A stretch of 64,000 nucleotides of DNA from Phycisphaeraceae bacterium (GCA_963674705.1 OY771506.1:3584001-3648000); one strand, 5' to 3'. Numbered from the stretch's first letter, positions 10,399-20,839 are shown. A program made the numbers and translations. The notes: generated from the letters alone by a model not told the origin.

Positions 10399-10905
10399 TT
10401 ATCGCAAAGGTTTCGACAGCGCTTCGAAGCCGGAGATCACGTCGAAGAGCTCCTCGTCGATACCGCTCTGACGCATACGATGGAAGGTCCGGTTGAGGCC
10501 CTCCAGCAATTCGTCGATGTTCTTCTCGGCACGCTGCATCGCCGCCAAGCGGCTCGCATTCTCGCTCGCGAGCGACTCAGCGCACGCCCGGAAGAGTGAA
10601 ATAAACAGATATTCGCGGATGAGTGCCCGCAACGTCGCGGTGCCGCCACCCATAACCTCGGGCAAGATCCGAGTTGGCCAGCCGATCTTGGCTAGCCCTT
10701 GCTGCCATTCCGCGTCAAGCGGCAGTAGCCGCTGGCTGACCGGCTCGTAGACCGCCCCAGACTTTGGGCGGTTATGAAAGACGTAGATATGCACATACTC
10801 TCCTTTGGCATGCTGTACCTCGCTTTCGATCTGGATCTGTCCCACGAGCGGAGTGATGGCTTTGACGGAATTCGGCACCATGAATAGCCCCATCAGCGGC
10901 AAGCA
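10399..10905 (-). pseudogene. atpG: C-terminal half of an alternate (N-ATPase-type) F1 gamma subunit
   Basis: ESLASENASRLAAMQRAEKNI and RQSGIDEELFDVISGFEAL; N-terminal half and other atp genes absent. Confidence 0.85.
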
Positions 10906-11791
10906 CCCTGACATCGACAAGGTATTGATCATCGGACCCAGCGGGAATGTAGGCAGCCGAATGATCCCCCGTCTGCTGGACGACGGCTATGAAGTCTGTG
11001 CCCTGCAATTCAATAGCCCGGTCAAACCACGTCCCGGACTTGAAGTCGTCCAAGGCAGCACCTTGGACAAGGAGGCGTTGACCAGTGCTGTGGAAGGCGT
11101 TGACGCTGTTTGCCACTTGGTCCGTGGTGGAGCGGGCCCCGGGGCTGATTCATGCGAGAAGTGGTTCAACTGCTGTCTGCGCGGCGCAGTGATTCTCCTT
11201 GAAGCCTGCAAAGGCAAACCGCTGAAGCGGGTCATCGTTGGCAGCGCCGACAATGTTTTCGGTCACACCCAGATCCACCACCCCGGCCCGATCAACGAGC
11301 ACCACCCTAAACATGCCGCTGACGGGTACTACGGTCTGTTCAAGATCGCCGAGGAAGAAATCAGCCGTCAGTACTACCTGGAGCACGGCGTGCCGGTTGT
11401 CATCACACGATTCCCCCTGATCTGGACCGAGTCCATGGTCGCGGGGAACCTTGCGGGTTGGGTGGATCGTTCTCGGAAGGTGGTTATGCGGAAGCTTGAT
11501 CGTGATGACCGGCCGTTGGTGCGGCACGATGTTGTCATCGACGATGTCATCGACGGTGTGATGCGTGCTATCGAGCAGGATGTAGCTCTGGGCGATGACT
11601 TTATCTTCGCGGGACCATCGGCTTATTCATCTGACACGATGACGACACGGCTGGCGGACAAGCTCGGATGGGATATCGAGGACCAGCCGCTGCCTTGGCA
11701 TTCCTGGCAGCTAGACGACAGCAAGGCGAGAGGCGTTCTGAACTACCGGCCCGGACACGATGTGCTCGACTGGATTGTTGAGCACATGTAG
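10880..11791 (+). CDS. NAD-dependent epimerase/dehydratase (extended SDR); native 5' end possibly missing
   Basis: IIGPSGNVG Rossmann motif; YGLFK (YxxxK). Confidence 0.8.
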   Translation: MNSPISGKHPDIDKVLIIGPSGNVGSRMIPRLLDDGYEVCALQFNSPVKPRPGLEVVQGSTLDKEALTSAVEGVDAVCHLVRGGAGPGADSCEKWFNCCLRGAVILLEACKGKPLKRVIVGSADNVFGHTQIHHPGPINEHHPKHAADGYYGLFKIAEEEISRQYYLEHGVPVVITRFPLIWTESMVAGNLAGWVDRSRKVVMRKLDRDDRPLVRHDVVIDDVIDGVMRAIEQDVALGDDFIFAGPSAYSSDTMTTRLADKLGWDIEDQPLPWHSWQLDDSKARGVLNYRPGHDVLDWIVEHM

Positions 11792-11958
11792 GCATCAGTC
11801 TCTCCCGTTCCATCGCATAGGACACAATCGCGGCCCGAGGGACCTGACCTCGGCGATTCTTTCTTGTTAAATGGGATGTTCTCGTGGATACATAGCCGTC
11901 TAGCGGTATAATGTGGCATTGACTTGAGACGGCGGAATGCAAAATGGTGATATGAGCC

Positions 11959-12960
11959 GTGGTCGCTAGTGACACAAAAACTATCGTATCGCATCTTGAG
12001 GTGCTTGCTGGTTTACAGGATTCTGTTGCCGAGAACCTCTCTATCCTTGGCGATATCGGGAAGCTGTGGCAGCCAACCGATTTCTTGCCAGATCTAACTC
12101 GGGATGACTGGCAAGAGCAGTTGCACGGATTCCGTGAATCTGCAAAGACAGTGTCGGACGAGTTGTTGGTCGTTCTCGTCGGTGACATGGTCACCGAAGA
12201 GGCGCTGCCCAACTATGCTGTTTCACTCAACCAAATAGCATGTGATGACGAGGGCGACTCGCCCAAACCTTGGGCGAAATGGCTTCGCGGCTGGACCGCC
12301 GAGGAAAACCGCCACGGCGACTTGCTAAACGCCTATCTTCGGCTCACGGGCCGGGTCAATATGAGATCGGTTGAGGTCACCGTCCAGCACCTGATAAATA
12401 ACGGCTTTAATTCACGCTCCCGAAACGATCCTTACAGTGGACTGATCTACACATCTTTTCAGGAAAGAGCTACAAAAGTCTCTCACCGCAACGTCGGGCG
12501 GATTGTCAATTCACAAGGAGAGTCTAACCTTGCAAAGATTTGTCTTCGCATCGCTGGCGACGAGGCCCGCCACGAACTCTTCTACACCCGCATGATGGAT
12601 CGCGTGCTCGATATCGACCCACAGGGCGGCATGATCGCGATAGGTAAATTGATCCGTGGCATGATCGCCATGCCCGGAAAACAGATGTTTGATGGTAAAG
12701 ATCCGGATCTCTTTGATCATTTTTCGATCGTAGCACAGCGATCAGGCGTCTACACCGTCCACGATTATGCTGACATACTCGACCATTTGGTTACGCGCTG
12801 GGACATCGCCGGTCGCCCCGTATCCGGCAAGGCAGCGATAGCACAGGAATACCTGTGTCGCCAAGCTGAAACGTACCATAACAAGGCTGAGCAGTATGAG
12901 CACCACATCAACCAAAAGCCAAGGATACGCTTCAGTTGGATCCATGATCGTGAAGCATGA
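11959..12960 (+). CDS. Soluble acyl-ACP desaturase (diiron, FA_desaturase_2 type)
   Basis: WQPTDFLP, TEEALP, WTAEENRHG, FQERAT, DEARHE. Confidence 0.93.
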   Translation: MVASDTKTIVSHLEVLAGLQDSVAENLSILGDIGKLWQPTDFLPDLTRDDWQEQLHGFRESAKTVSDELLVVLVGDMVTEEALPNYAVSLNQIACDDEGDSPKPWAKWLRGWTAEENRHGDLLNAYLRLTGRVNMRSVEVTVQHLINNGFNSRSRNDPYSGLIYTSFQERATKVSHRNVGRIVNSQGESNLAKICLRIAGDEARHELFYTRMMDRVLDIDPQGGMIAIGKLIRGMIAMPGKQMFDGKDPDLFDHFSIVAQRSGVYTVHDYADILDHLVTRWDIAGRPVSGKAAIAQEYLCRQAETYHNKAEQYEHHINQKPRIRFSWIHDREA

Positions 12961-13304
12961 ATACACGGCGAATAAGTAGGAAGCCCTACAAACTAAGCTT
13001 CAGCAATCAAATTGTACCCAAAACCGCAAACTTCGCCCTCGGCGTTTTGGATCTGTCAGACATAGATGTTTGGGGACAAAGACGGGTTCGACAAAGTCGA
13101 ATCCAGACCATTCAAGCAGCCTCGTAAGGATTTTATAGTCATATTCCTTTATAATGCTCTACGTTCGAATCTCATCACACGCTTTGATAAAGCCCTCCTG
13201 GCTAACAGGTTGCGGAGGGCTTGTTCATTGGTTTTTGTACTCTCTTCGATGTGAAATGTCGGGGATGAAATGGAACGACATATCCAGAAAAAGAACGTCA
13301 ACAA

Positions 13305-14363
13305 TTACGCGGTCCGCCGCGCCGCACGATAGGTCACCAACTCGCCGCGCTCCGTGTCCCACAGGTTGAGGCGCAGGCACTTGAAAATGTCATGCGGCAG
13401 CAGCGTCGTCGTCCGAGGCAGTTGAAGCTCGGGCACCACCGCCATCGCCTCCGGAAGGCGATAGAACGGAATCAGCGGATTCAGGTGATGCACATGGTGA
13501 TAGCCAATGTTACCCGTGAACCAGTGCATGACCCGGCCGAGGTCCATGAAACTCGATGACTCGATCGACCCGCGGTAATACGTCCACTCTTGAGGCTCCA
13601 GCACGTGAAGCCCTTCATAGTTGTGCTGCGCGTAGAACAGATACGCGCCTATGGCGGTAGACACGCCGTACGGCAGCAGAAAACTGTAAAGCAGCACGTC
13701 GAAACCGAACAGCAGCCACAGCCCCGCCAACAGTGAGCCGTGCAGGAGGATCGCCACCGCGCCGTCCCAGTAGCGCTTCGGTCGCTTCAGCAGAGGCAGC
13801 AACGTAATGCTGAACACGAACACCGTCAGGTATGCCAGAAGCAGTGTCATCGGGTGTCGAGCCAGCCGATAATGAAAGCGTTCCCACAACGTCGCGTTCT
13901 TCCACTTCTCGACGGTCATCAGCGGAAACGAGCCGAGGTCGGACGTGAACAGCAGTTCATCACCATCCTCGGACTCAACCGGCTTGCCAACGTTGCCGTG
14001 GTGGAAGTTATGGCTGAAGCGCCAGTAGCGCGGCGGCGTCAGCATCAGCATGCCGAAGATGTGAAATATGGGCCGGGCAACACGTGAACTCCGCAATAGC
14101 GAACGGTGCATGAAGTCGTGATACAAAATGAACGCGCGCACCAACAGTAGCGACCCGATCAGCGACAGTCCCAAACGCACCGGCCACCAGACGGTCATAC
14201 CAGCCATCACCAGCGCCGCGAGCACCAGCGTCAGTGTCGAGATCACCACCCACCAGCTTCGCACAGGCGATTCTATGGCGAAACTGTGTGTTTGCTTGAG
14301 CACTTCCCTGCCCGACTTTTCACCTACGAGCTCAGCGTTGGGCATCAATTCGCCTTTATGCAT
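13305..14363 (-). CDS. Membrane fatty acid desaturase
   Basis: His boxes HDFMH, HNFHH, HHVHH; hydrophobic segments. Confidence 0.92.
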   Translation of the reverse strand: MHKGELMPNAELVGEKSGREVLKQTHSFAIESPVRSWWVVISTLTLVLAALVMAGMTVWWPVRLGLSLIGSLLLVRAFILYHDFMHRSLLRSSRVARPIFHIFGMLMLTPPRYWRFSHNFHHGNVGKPVESEDGDELLFTSDLGSFPLMTVEKWKNATLWERFHYRLARHPMTLLLAYLTVFVFSITLLPLLKRPKRYWDGAVAILLHGSLLAGLWLLFGFDVLLYSFLLPYGVSTAIGAYLFYAQHNYEGLHVLEPQEWTYYRGSIESSSFMDLGRVMHWFTGNIGYHHVHHLNPLIPFYRLPEAMAVVPELQLPRTTTLLPHDIFKCLRLNLWDTERGELVTYRAARRTA

Positions 14364-14516
14364 GCCGGTCGGTCGTTCCGGCTACTATCAAATCTCACGG
14401 CTCGCAAATGATTCTAAACATAAATCGCGGTGCGGAAAAGTACATCGTGCCGTAAAACTCGCAGCATTTAGCAAGCCCACCGCCGTCAAAACGTTGGTTG
14501 GCATGCAGCAGGCAGC

Positions 14517-14657
14517 GACTGCACCTACGTCGGCCGGATACCAGGGCTGACCTGCCTCGTGCCGAAAATCATTGAGGCGACCCTTCGTGGTGACGAGTCC
14601 GACGGGATCAGCATGGACAAGCTGCGGAAGGACCTGCCGGTGATGTGGGATGATTAG
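14517..14657 (+). pseudogene. C-terminal fragment resembling a serine recombinase or its ICE-associated partner
   Basis: Manual translation DCTYVGRIPGLTCLVPKIIEATLRGDESDGISMDKLRKDLPVMWDD*, resembling the YV.R.L.L..LAP.I.EAIL.G...LP..W tail pattern. Confidence 0.5.
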
Positions 14658-14835
14658 AGGAGGGGTTACGGGCGACAGACGGACGCGAAGTTTGATTCCA
14701 GGCGAGCCGACCTTAGGGCCTTGGGGGTCGAGGGGTTAACTGATAGACTGAATGTTTGGAAACTTGATTCTATGTGTGCCGGCGTCGGGGCCTTGGTATG
14801 TGAGGGTTTCGCATGGGTCAGCACAAGGATAGCCA

Positions 14836-16359
14836 GTGGATGAAGACAGACGACGAACTGAACCCATCGATCGATGGGAGGATGAAGGCGGCGCGTTAAC
14901 GGGCAGCGCATCCGGCCAATCGAGTACGCAGCACCACATTGAAACGCGTTCGCAGCATCAGCCCACTGATGAACGAGGCGAGGCAGACGGGGCGACGTTG
15001 AAGCGTCAGCCGGATGATAATCTCCCTGCTGAAATGGCCGACTGGGTCACGAAACCCCTTGCGAGCTTCTTCAAAGTCGAGGTCGCCGCAGCCGTCATGC
15101 TGATCATCGCAACCGCTGCGGCCTTGGTGCTGTCGAATTCAGGCTGGGCCGCGCCGTTCGCAGCGTTCTGGGAGACTCCGGTCGGCCTGAGCTTCGGTGA
15201 CTTCGAGTTCTCTCGATCGCTTCGTCACTGGATCAACGACGGGTTCCTGACACTGTTCTTCTTTGTTGTCGCCCTTGAGCTCAAGCGCGAGATTGTCCTG
15301 GGCGAATTGCGCAACATGCGCACCGCGGCACTCTCCTTCGCCGGCGCGCTTGGGGGGATTGTTGTGCCTGCGGTCGTGTATCTTCTGCTCATGATTGGTG
15401 AGCCGGGCGTGAACGGCTGGGGGACCGTGACTGCCACGTCGGCAGCGTTCGTCGTGGGCTCGCTTGCGTTGCTGGGTTCGCGCATTCCGCCGGCACTCCG
15501 ACTCTTTCTGTTGTCGATCGCGATCTTCGACGACATCGGGGCGATCCTGGTGGTGGCGATCGGTTACGGGGAAGCGGTGCAGTGGAGCACACTTGCGGCC
15601 GCCGCGCTCGGCGTGCTCGTCCTTGCGGGGGCAGCGCGCGTCGGCATCAGGAGCATCCCGGTGTACTTCGTGCTCGGCATTACAATCTGGCTCTGTTTCG
15701 ACGCATCGGGTATCCATCCAACGCTGACAGGTATCGCGATGGGTCTCATGACGCCGACGCATCGATGGGTCTCGAACATTCGCATGCGCGCCATCCTCGG
15801 TCGCGTGCTTTCTCATCCACACGGCGAACACGCCGGTGGCGATACGATCGAGCGGCGGGATCTGCGGCAAGCCAGTAGAGCAGCGAGGGAATCGTCATCT
15901 CCAGTGGAGCGCCTGGAGTTCATCCTCCATCCTTGGGTAGGCTTTGTGATTCTGCCCATCTTTGCCTTCGCCAACGCCGGTGTGGCACTCTCCGGTGCAG
16001 ACCTGAAACAACCAATCTGTATTGCGATCCTGGCGGCCTTTGTACTGGGCAAACCGGCTGGCGTGCTCAGCGCGAGTTGGCTGGCTGTGCGTATCGGACT
16101 CGCCACACGCCCGCCGGGGCTGACCTGGCCGCTCATCGCAGGCGGTGGCCTGTTGACTGGGATCGGCTTCATTATGGCGCTGTTCATCGCCGGATTGGCT
16201 TTTAACCCCGAACAGTTTGACGACGCCAAGATTGCAATTCTCTTATCGTCCGTCATCTCTGCTGTGGCCGGCATCGCGGTGCTATTCTGGTTGACATCCA
16301 GCAAACGCAATGCGCAACAAAGCCAGGAAAAACTGGAATCGGTCGGGATTCGCAGCTGA
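14836..16359 (+). CDS. nhaA: Na+/H+ antiporter NhaA
   Basis: WINDG, LELKRE, AIFDDIG, GKP, GIGF.M motifs; long hydrophilic N-terminal extension. Confidence 0.93.
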   Translation: MDEDRRRTEPIDRWEDEGGALTGSASGQSSTQHHIETRSQHQPTDERGEADGATLKRQPDDNLPAEMADWVTKPLASFFKVEVAAAVMLIIATAAALVLSNSGWAAPFAAFWETPVGLSFGDFEFSRSLRHWINDGFLTLFFFVVALELKREIVLGELRNMRTAALSFAGALGGIVVPAVVYLLLMIGEPGVNGWGTVTATSAAFVVGSLALLGSRIPPALRLFLLSIAIFDDIGAILVVAIGYGEAVQWSTLAAAALGVLVLAGAARVGIRSIPVYFVLGITIWLCFDASGIHPTLTGIAMGLMTPTHRWVSNIRMRAILGRVLSHPHGEHAGGDTIERRDLRQASRAARESSSPVERLEFILHPWVGFVILPIFAFANAGVALSGADLKQPICIAILAAFVLGKPAGVLSASWLAVRIGLATRPPGLTWPLIAGGGLLTGIGFIMALFIAGLAFNPEQFDDAKIAILLSSVISAVAGIAVLFWLTSSKRNAQQSQEKLESVGIRS

Positions 16360-16364
16360 GGCAG

Positions 16365-17069
16365 TTACGGAGCGGGGGAAGCGGGCTGATCGACGTCGAG
16401 GAAGCGGTCGTCGCCAGCGATATCCCAGACGAATCGCCAGTGTAGGAGCGCGCCGATGAGTACCGCGATGTGCCAGATCTCGTGCGCGTGGATCATGCGC
16501 GGGATCAGGATAACCCAGCCCTTATACTCCATGAACGCGCCTACGGTATAGGCGAGCCCACCGTAGAGGATCGGCAGCAGATAACGGAAGCCGTACCGGC
16601 CCAAGATCGGGATTGCGGTGAGGGCGACCGACCAGCCCAGGCCGAGGTAGAACGAGAGCCCCAGCCACTCCGGCAGCACATCGAGGAAAACGACCTTGAG
16701 CGTGATGCATGCAGCGGCGACGATCCACATAATGATAAGCGGCACCCATCGAAACCAGCCGTTAAACATAATGCCATGCACCGCGGTGAAGGTGCCCGCG
16801 ATCAGAAGGAAGATGGCACCGTGATCGAGGCGCTCCATAACGCGGTACGTCGTCCCGCCGACCTCGAACATATGATACAGCGTGCTGGAGATGAACAGGA
16901 CAATGCAGGCGGCGGAGTAGATGATGAGGAACGCCATCGATGCGCGGTGCGCATGGCCGCGCCGCAGCAGCTTCCACCCGAGGAAGATGAACAGCAGGGC
17001 CGCGAGCAGATGGCTGATCGCGTTGAAGGGCTGGTAGAAGCCGGGGAGATGGTAGAGTTCGGGTGGCAT
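16365..17069 (-). CDS. Hemolysin III / PAQR family membrane protein
   Basis: NAISH, STLYH, LDHGAIFLLIAGTFT, HEIWH. Confidence 0.92.
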   Translation of the reverse strand: MPPELYHLPGFYQPFNAISHLLAALLFIFLGWKLLRRGHAHRASMAFLIIYSAACIVLFISSTLYHMFEVGGTTYRVMERLDHGAIFLLIAGTFTAVHGIMFNGWFRWVPLIIMWIVAAACITLKVVFLDVLPEWLGLSFYLGLGWSVALTAIPILGRYGFRYLLPILYGGLAYTVGAFMEYKGWVILIPRMIHAHEIWHIAVLIGALLHWRFVWDIAGDDRFLDVDQPASPAP

Positions 17070-17146
17070 GGCGTGACGATAAATTGATAGATGCTATCCG
17101 TCGCTAATCTACTAAGGGGCGTGAACAGTTACAGGAATCTTACTAT

Positions 17147-19495
17147 TCATGTACAGGGCAGCGGGTGTTCCGCGTATCTCATCTCGGCCAGCGAAAGGTG
17201 GAATGCGAGCGACGACTCTGCGCCTTGGTTTTGATTGACGCGGTCGGGGTGCAGTCCGTCGCCACAACCGCCGGTGGTGGAGTCATAGATCGGCAGGCCG
17301 AGGTCATTGCGGCCCAGGAACCAGTCGAAGGCACGCCTTGCCTCGCGTGACCAGGCCGGGTCTTGTGTCATGCGGAAAGCTTCGAGGCACGCGGAAACCA
17401 TGGCCTGCGCCTCGACCGGCTGCTGATCGAAGTCGGCACGGGTGCCGCCACGGGTATAGAAACCGTTGCTGCCGATCGGCCTGAAATGCCCCGCCTGCGT
17501 GGTTTGAAGTGATGCAAGCCAGCGCAGTGATTTCAGCGCGACTTCACGGGCTTGGGGACTTGGCATCCACTGGCCGCTGAGTAGCAGGGCTTGGCAGATC
17601 CGCGCGTTGTCATAGGTGATGTTGGTTTCAAACCACGCCCAGTCATCCGTGGCGCATTGTTCCCATCGTGTCAACAATCGGTCCGTGAGAAAAACGCGTG
17701 CCTCTTTCACCGCAGCGACATCCGGATACTCGCGCAGATATTCATGGATGCCAAGCAATGTGAACGCCCAGCTACGCGGCGAAGAGAAACATTCTACAAC
17801 CGTAAGGCCGCACTCAAAAAGTTGAACGGACAGCCTGCGCCTGCCCTCGTTGCGTGAACGCCCCGCGCCGGTGCCCAACGCCCAGAGCGCACGCCCGTGG
17901 CTGTCCTCACTACCTACTTCCTCCAGCCAGCGCCGCCCGTGGCTCATGAAGTTGCGAAAACGTCCCGTGTCGCGATTCAAAGCGGCCGCGAGGAACGCGA
18001 GATAGCTGGTCGCCAGACCTTCGAGGTCATCGCCTTTTGGCTTGCCGCTCAGATCATCCAATAGATTGCACAGGATGAAGGCCCTGGCGTTATCGTCCGT
18101 GCAGTAGCCATGGCTGAAATCGGGCACGTTATAGATCGCGTGTTGGAAAATACCCGTCCCGTCACTCATGCGTACGATGTGATCCAGTCGCGACAGGGGC
18201 AACTCGTGAGGACGGCTGGCAAGTGTCCAGTTGGCGAAAGCCGTGCGCGGGGCGCTCTCGCGGTCAGAACACGCGTGCTGAAACGACTCGAGATATCGCT
18301 TCGCCACCGCGGGCCATAGCATGTCCCGCCCGAGCCGGTAGGCCGTCTGGCGTGTCTTTGCCATGCGCTGCGGATCATCAAGGAACTCACATACGGCCTT
18401 GGCGATGGCCCCCGGGTCGCTAAAGGGCACCAAGATGCCGCGTCCGTCCGCCAGCAATTCCTGCGCGTGCCAATACGGCGTGGAGACCACCGCCTTGCCC
18501 GCACCAAACACGTAGGCCAAGGTGCCAGAGGTGATCTGCGCCTCATTGAGGTAGGGCGTCAGATAGATATCCGTCGCGCCGATGAATTGAATCAAATCAT
18601 CAAGCGATACAAAGCCGTTAAAAAAAATAACATGCTCGCGCACGCCTCGATCCTCGGCGAGTCGTTCCAGACTCAATCGGTAGCTCTCTCCTTCGCGCGC
18701 CACCAAGTGGGGATGAGTCGCGCCTAAAACAAGGTAAACAACATTCGGATGCGTTCGCACGATTTCGGGAAGCGCCTCGATCACGTGCTGGATACCCTTG
18801 CCCGGCCCCAGCAGTCCGAAGGTCAGCAGCACCACACGGTCCTCAACCCCGAACTGCGCTTTGGAATCGCTCGGGTCGGTAAAGGGGATCTCCGGGATGC
18901 CGTGCGGGATGACATCTACCTTGGCCTGTCGCACGGCGTATGTTTCGCAGAGAATCTCCAGCCCCTTCTGAGCCATCACCACCAGGCGGTCGCTGCGCTG
19001 CCCCAATTCATCCATCACCTTGCGTTGTGCGGTGTTCGGATCGTGGAGGATGGTGTGCAGGGTCGTCACGACCGGCATCCGCACTTCTTTGAGTAGTGCC
19101 AGCAGGTGACTTCCCGCCGGCCCGCCGTAGATACCAAACTCGTGCTGGACGCAGAGCACCTCCGCGTTGTTGAAGTTCAAATAATCCGCGGCGCGACGGT
19201 AGGAGGCCAGCTCCTTCTCAACGATCTCAAACCCCACGCGTGAAGAATACGCGTACCCTTCCGGCCGGTCATTGACCACAACCGCGTAGCATTGCGCCGA
19301 CGGGGTCCACGCGCTGACAGCCTCGCAAAGATCATGCGTGAACGTCGCAATCCCGCAGAGTCGAGGTAGATAGCCGCCCAGAAACGCGATGCGCTTGGGC
19401 GTGGTGGGAGGGCTCGGTGTTATCCGTTCCATGGGACATTTCTGCCAGCACATCATTCGGGCCTGCATCGGCCCGGGGCTGACTGGGTGCGTCAT
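17147..19495 (-). CDS. GT4 glycosyltransferase with C-terminal (alpha/alpha)6-like domain
   Basis: PRLCGIATFT, QHEFGIYGG, QITSGTL; C-terminal GYCTDDNARA, EDSHGRA, FDQQPVEA, NQGAES; start may be further downstream. Confidence 0.88.
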   Translation of the reverse strand: MTHPVSPGPMQARMMCWQKCPMERITPSPPTTPKRIAFLGGYLPRLCGIATFTHDLCEAVSAWTPSAQCYAVVVNDRPEGYAYSSRVGFEIVEKELASYRRAADYLNFNNAEVLCVQHEFGIYGGPAGSHLLALLKEVRMPVVTTLHTILHDPNTAQRKVMDELGQRSDRLVVMAQKGLEILCETYAVRQAKVDVIPHGIPEIPFTDPSDSKAQFGVEDRVVLLTFGLLGPGKGIQHVIEALPEIVRTHPNVVYLVLGATHPHLVAREGESYRLSLERLAEDRGVREHVIFFNGFVSLDDLIQFIGATDIYLTPYLNEAQITSGTLAYVFGAGKAVVSTPYWHAQELLADGRGILVPFSDPGAIAKAVCEFLDDPQRMAKTRQTAYRLGRDMLWPAVAKRYLESFQHACSDRESAPRTAFANWTLASRPHELPLSRLDHIVRMSDGTGIFQHAIYNVPDFSHGYCTDDNARAFILCNLLDDLSGKPKGDDLEGLATSYLAFLAAALNRDTGRFRNFMSHGRRWLEEVGSEDSHGRALWALGTGAGRSRNEGRRRLSVQLFECGLTVVECFSSPRSWAFTLLGIHEYLREYPDVAAVKEARVFLTDRLLTRWEQCATDDWAWFETNITYDNARICQALLLSGQWMPSPQAREVALKSLRWLASLQTTQAGHFRPIGSNGFYTRGGTRADFDQQPVEAQAMVSACLEAFRMTQDPAWSREARRAFDWFLGRNDLGLPIYDSTTGGCGDGLHPDRVNQNQGAESSLAFHLSLAEMRYAEHPLPCT

Positions 19496-19652
19496 GTTGC
19501 TACGCCGGCATCACCCGCGCGGTGGCTGTGCTGATCGGCGTGAGATAACCTACCAGATAGTATATCAACTAAGCGGGATAAGCATTTTCGTAGTGGAAGA
19601 GCAACGCACTTCAAACTGTGTAGTACAGGCAGGCTCTATTTACCCCACACAT

Positions 19653-20211
19653 TGCCCCCCTCTGGTTCTTTGATCCAGTTGCTATGAGAGAATCGGTGAG
19701 TATGTAGATGCTTGCTGAGCCGTAGGGAGGGGCGCAGCCCCGACCGGAGGTTCAGGTGCGCTGGGCATGGATGAGTAACAATGGGGTGCAAGTCCCCAGC
19801 GGGGCCTGGCCCCCCAAACGGCCACGCACCTTCTCCACCGTGCGACGCCGCCGCTCGGGGTCTACAAGTTTGGGCGGGAGGCTTCCCGAAGGATCTGGAT
19901 GTCCAACGCCTGGTCCGCCACCAGCTTCTTCAGCCGCGTGTTCTCCTTCTCCATCTCCTTCATCTGCTTGGCCATCACCGGGTCCATCCCACCATACTTC
20001 GTCCGCCACCGGTAGTACGTCTGCTCGCTGATGCCCAGCTGCCTGCAGACCTCCGGCACCTTCAGTCCCTTGCCCAGCTCAATATCCGCCTGGCGGAGCT
20101 TGGCCACGATCTGCTCGGCGCTGTGTCGCTTCTTCATCGAGGAATCCTTTCCGGCCCGAGGCCGGCTGGATTCTCTCATATTCCCTGGATCAGGTTTTTA
20201 GGAGGGGGTCA
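19653..20211 (-). mobile_element. IS3-family (IS407-like) remnant bounded by related inverted ends
   Basis: Ends TGCCCCCCTC..TGATCCAG..TATGAGAGAATC and, on the reverse strand, TGACCCCCTC..TGATCCAG..TATGAGAGAATC; OrfB truncated. Confidence 0.8.
19862..20137 (-). CDS. IS3-family transposase OrfA
   Basis: MKKRHSAEQIVAKLRQA...GISEQTYYRW...ENTRLKKLVAD; C CCA AAC slippery site at the end. Confidence 0.9.
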   Translation of the reverse strand: MKKRHSAEQIVAKLRQADIELGKGLKVPEVCRQLGISEQTYYRWRTKYGGMDPVMAKQMKEMEKENTRLKKLVADQALDIQILREASRPNL

Positions 20212-20524
20212 CACTCTCGGAAGCGCAAATAAATACCCAAAGCCACACCTATATCGGTTAAGTAGGGGATTGTCCTATATCAGATTAGCTGAAAAACCGC
20301 CCCTCTGCGTCCCCGATCCATCCCGTATGCATCGAAATACACAAGCCCCGCCTAGACCCTTCGTCGGTGATCTGCTTGTCCTTCTCTACCCCGGCCCTTC
20401 CAGGATGCAAGCCGCACGGAACCGATTAGTCCCGCCGGCATATGGGTTCTCCCAATAATTGAACGAGCAGATTCCCCCTTGGTAAGCCCCCTTTGTTTTT
20501 CATAATAAATGCAAATGGAGGCCA

Positions 20525-20700
20525 ATGATGTGCCCACAGAAAGCCTGGAGCGACAAAGATGAACGGCAATCAATATAGACACATCAAGCAGAGCCAGATA
20601 CAGCGGGGCCGCAGCGAGAGCAAGGCCGAGGAGGTCGCCGGGCGGACCGTCAACAAGCACCGACGCGAAAACGGCAGAGCCGCTAGATGTCCGGCCACCA
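20525..20700 (+). pseudogene. Frameshifted small protein of the family commonly annotated 'plasmid stabilization protein' (RQY.HIK...A.RTVNK)
   Basis: PQKAWSDKDERQ in one frame continues as YRHIKQSQ...AEEVAGRTVNK in another; removing the CAATCAAT duplication restores the frame. Confidence 0.6.
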
Positions 20701-20839
20701 TATGTATATGTGCATGTTGTTGGTTTGGATCGATCGCGGGGCGGATGAGGACTGGGGACAGATGTGCTAATGGGGCTTCTCACACACGTTCTAACAAATT
20801 ACGACCGCATCTCTGCTTCTCTGCTCATGGGGGCGAATC

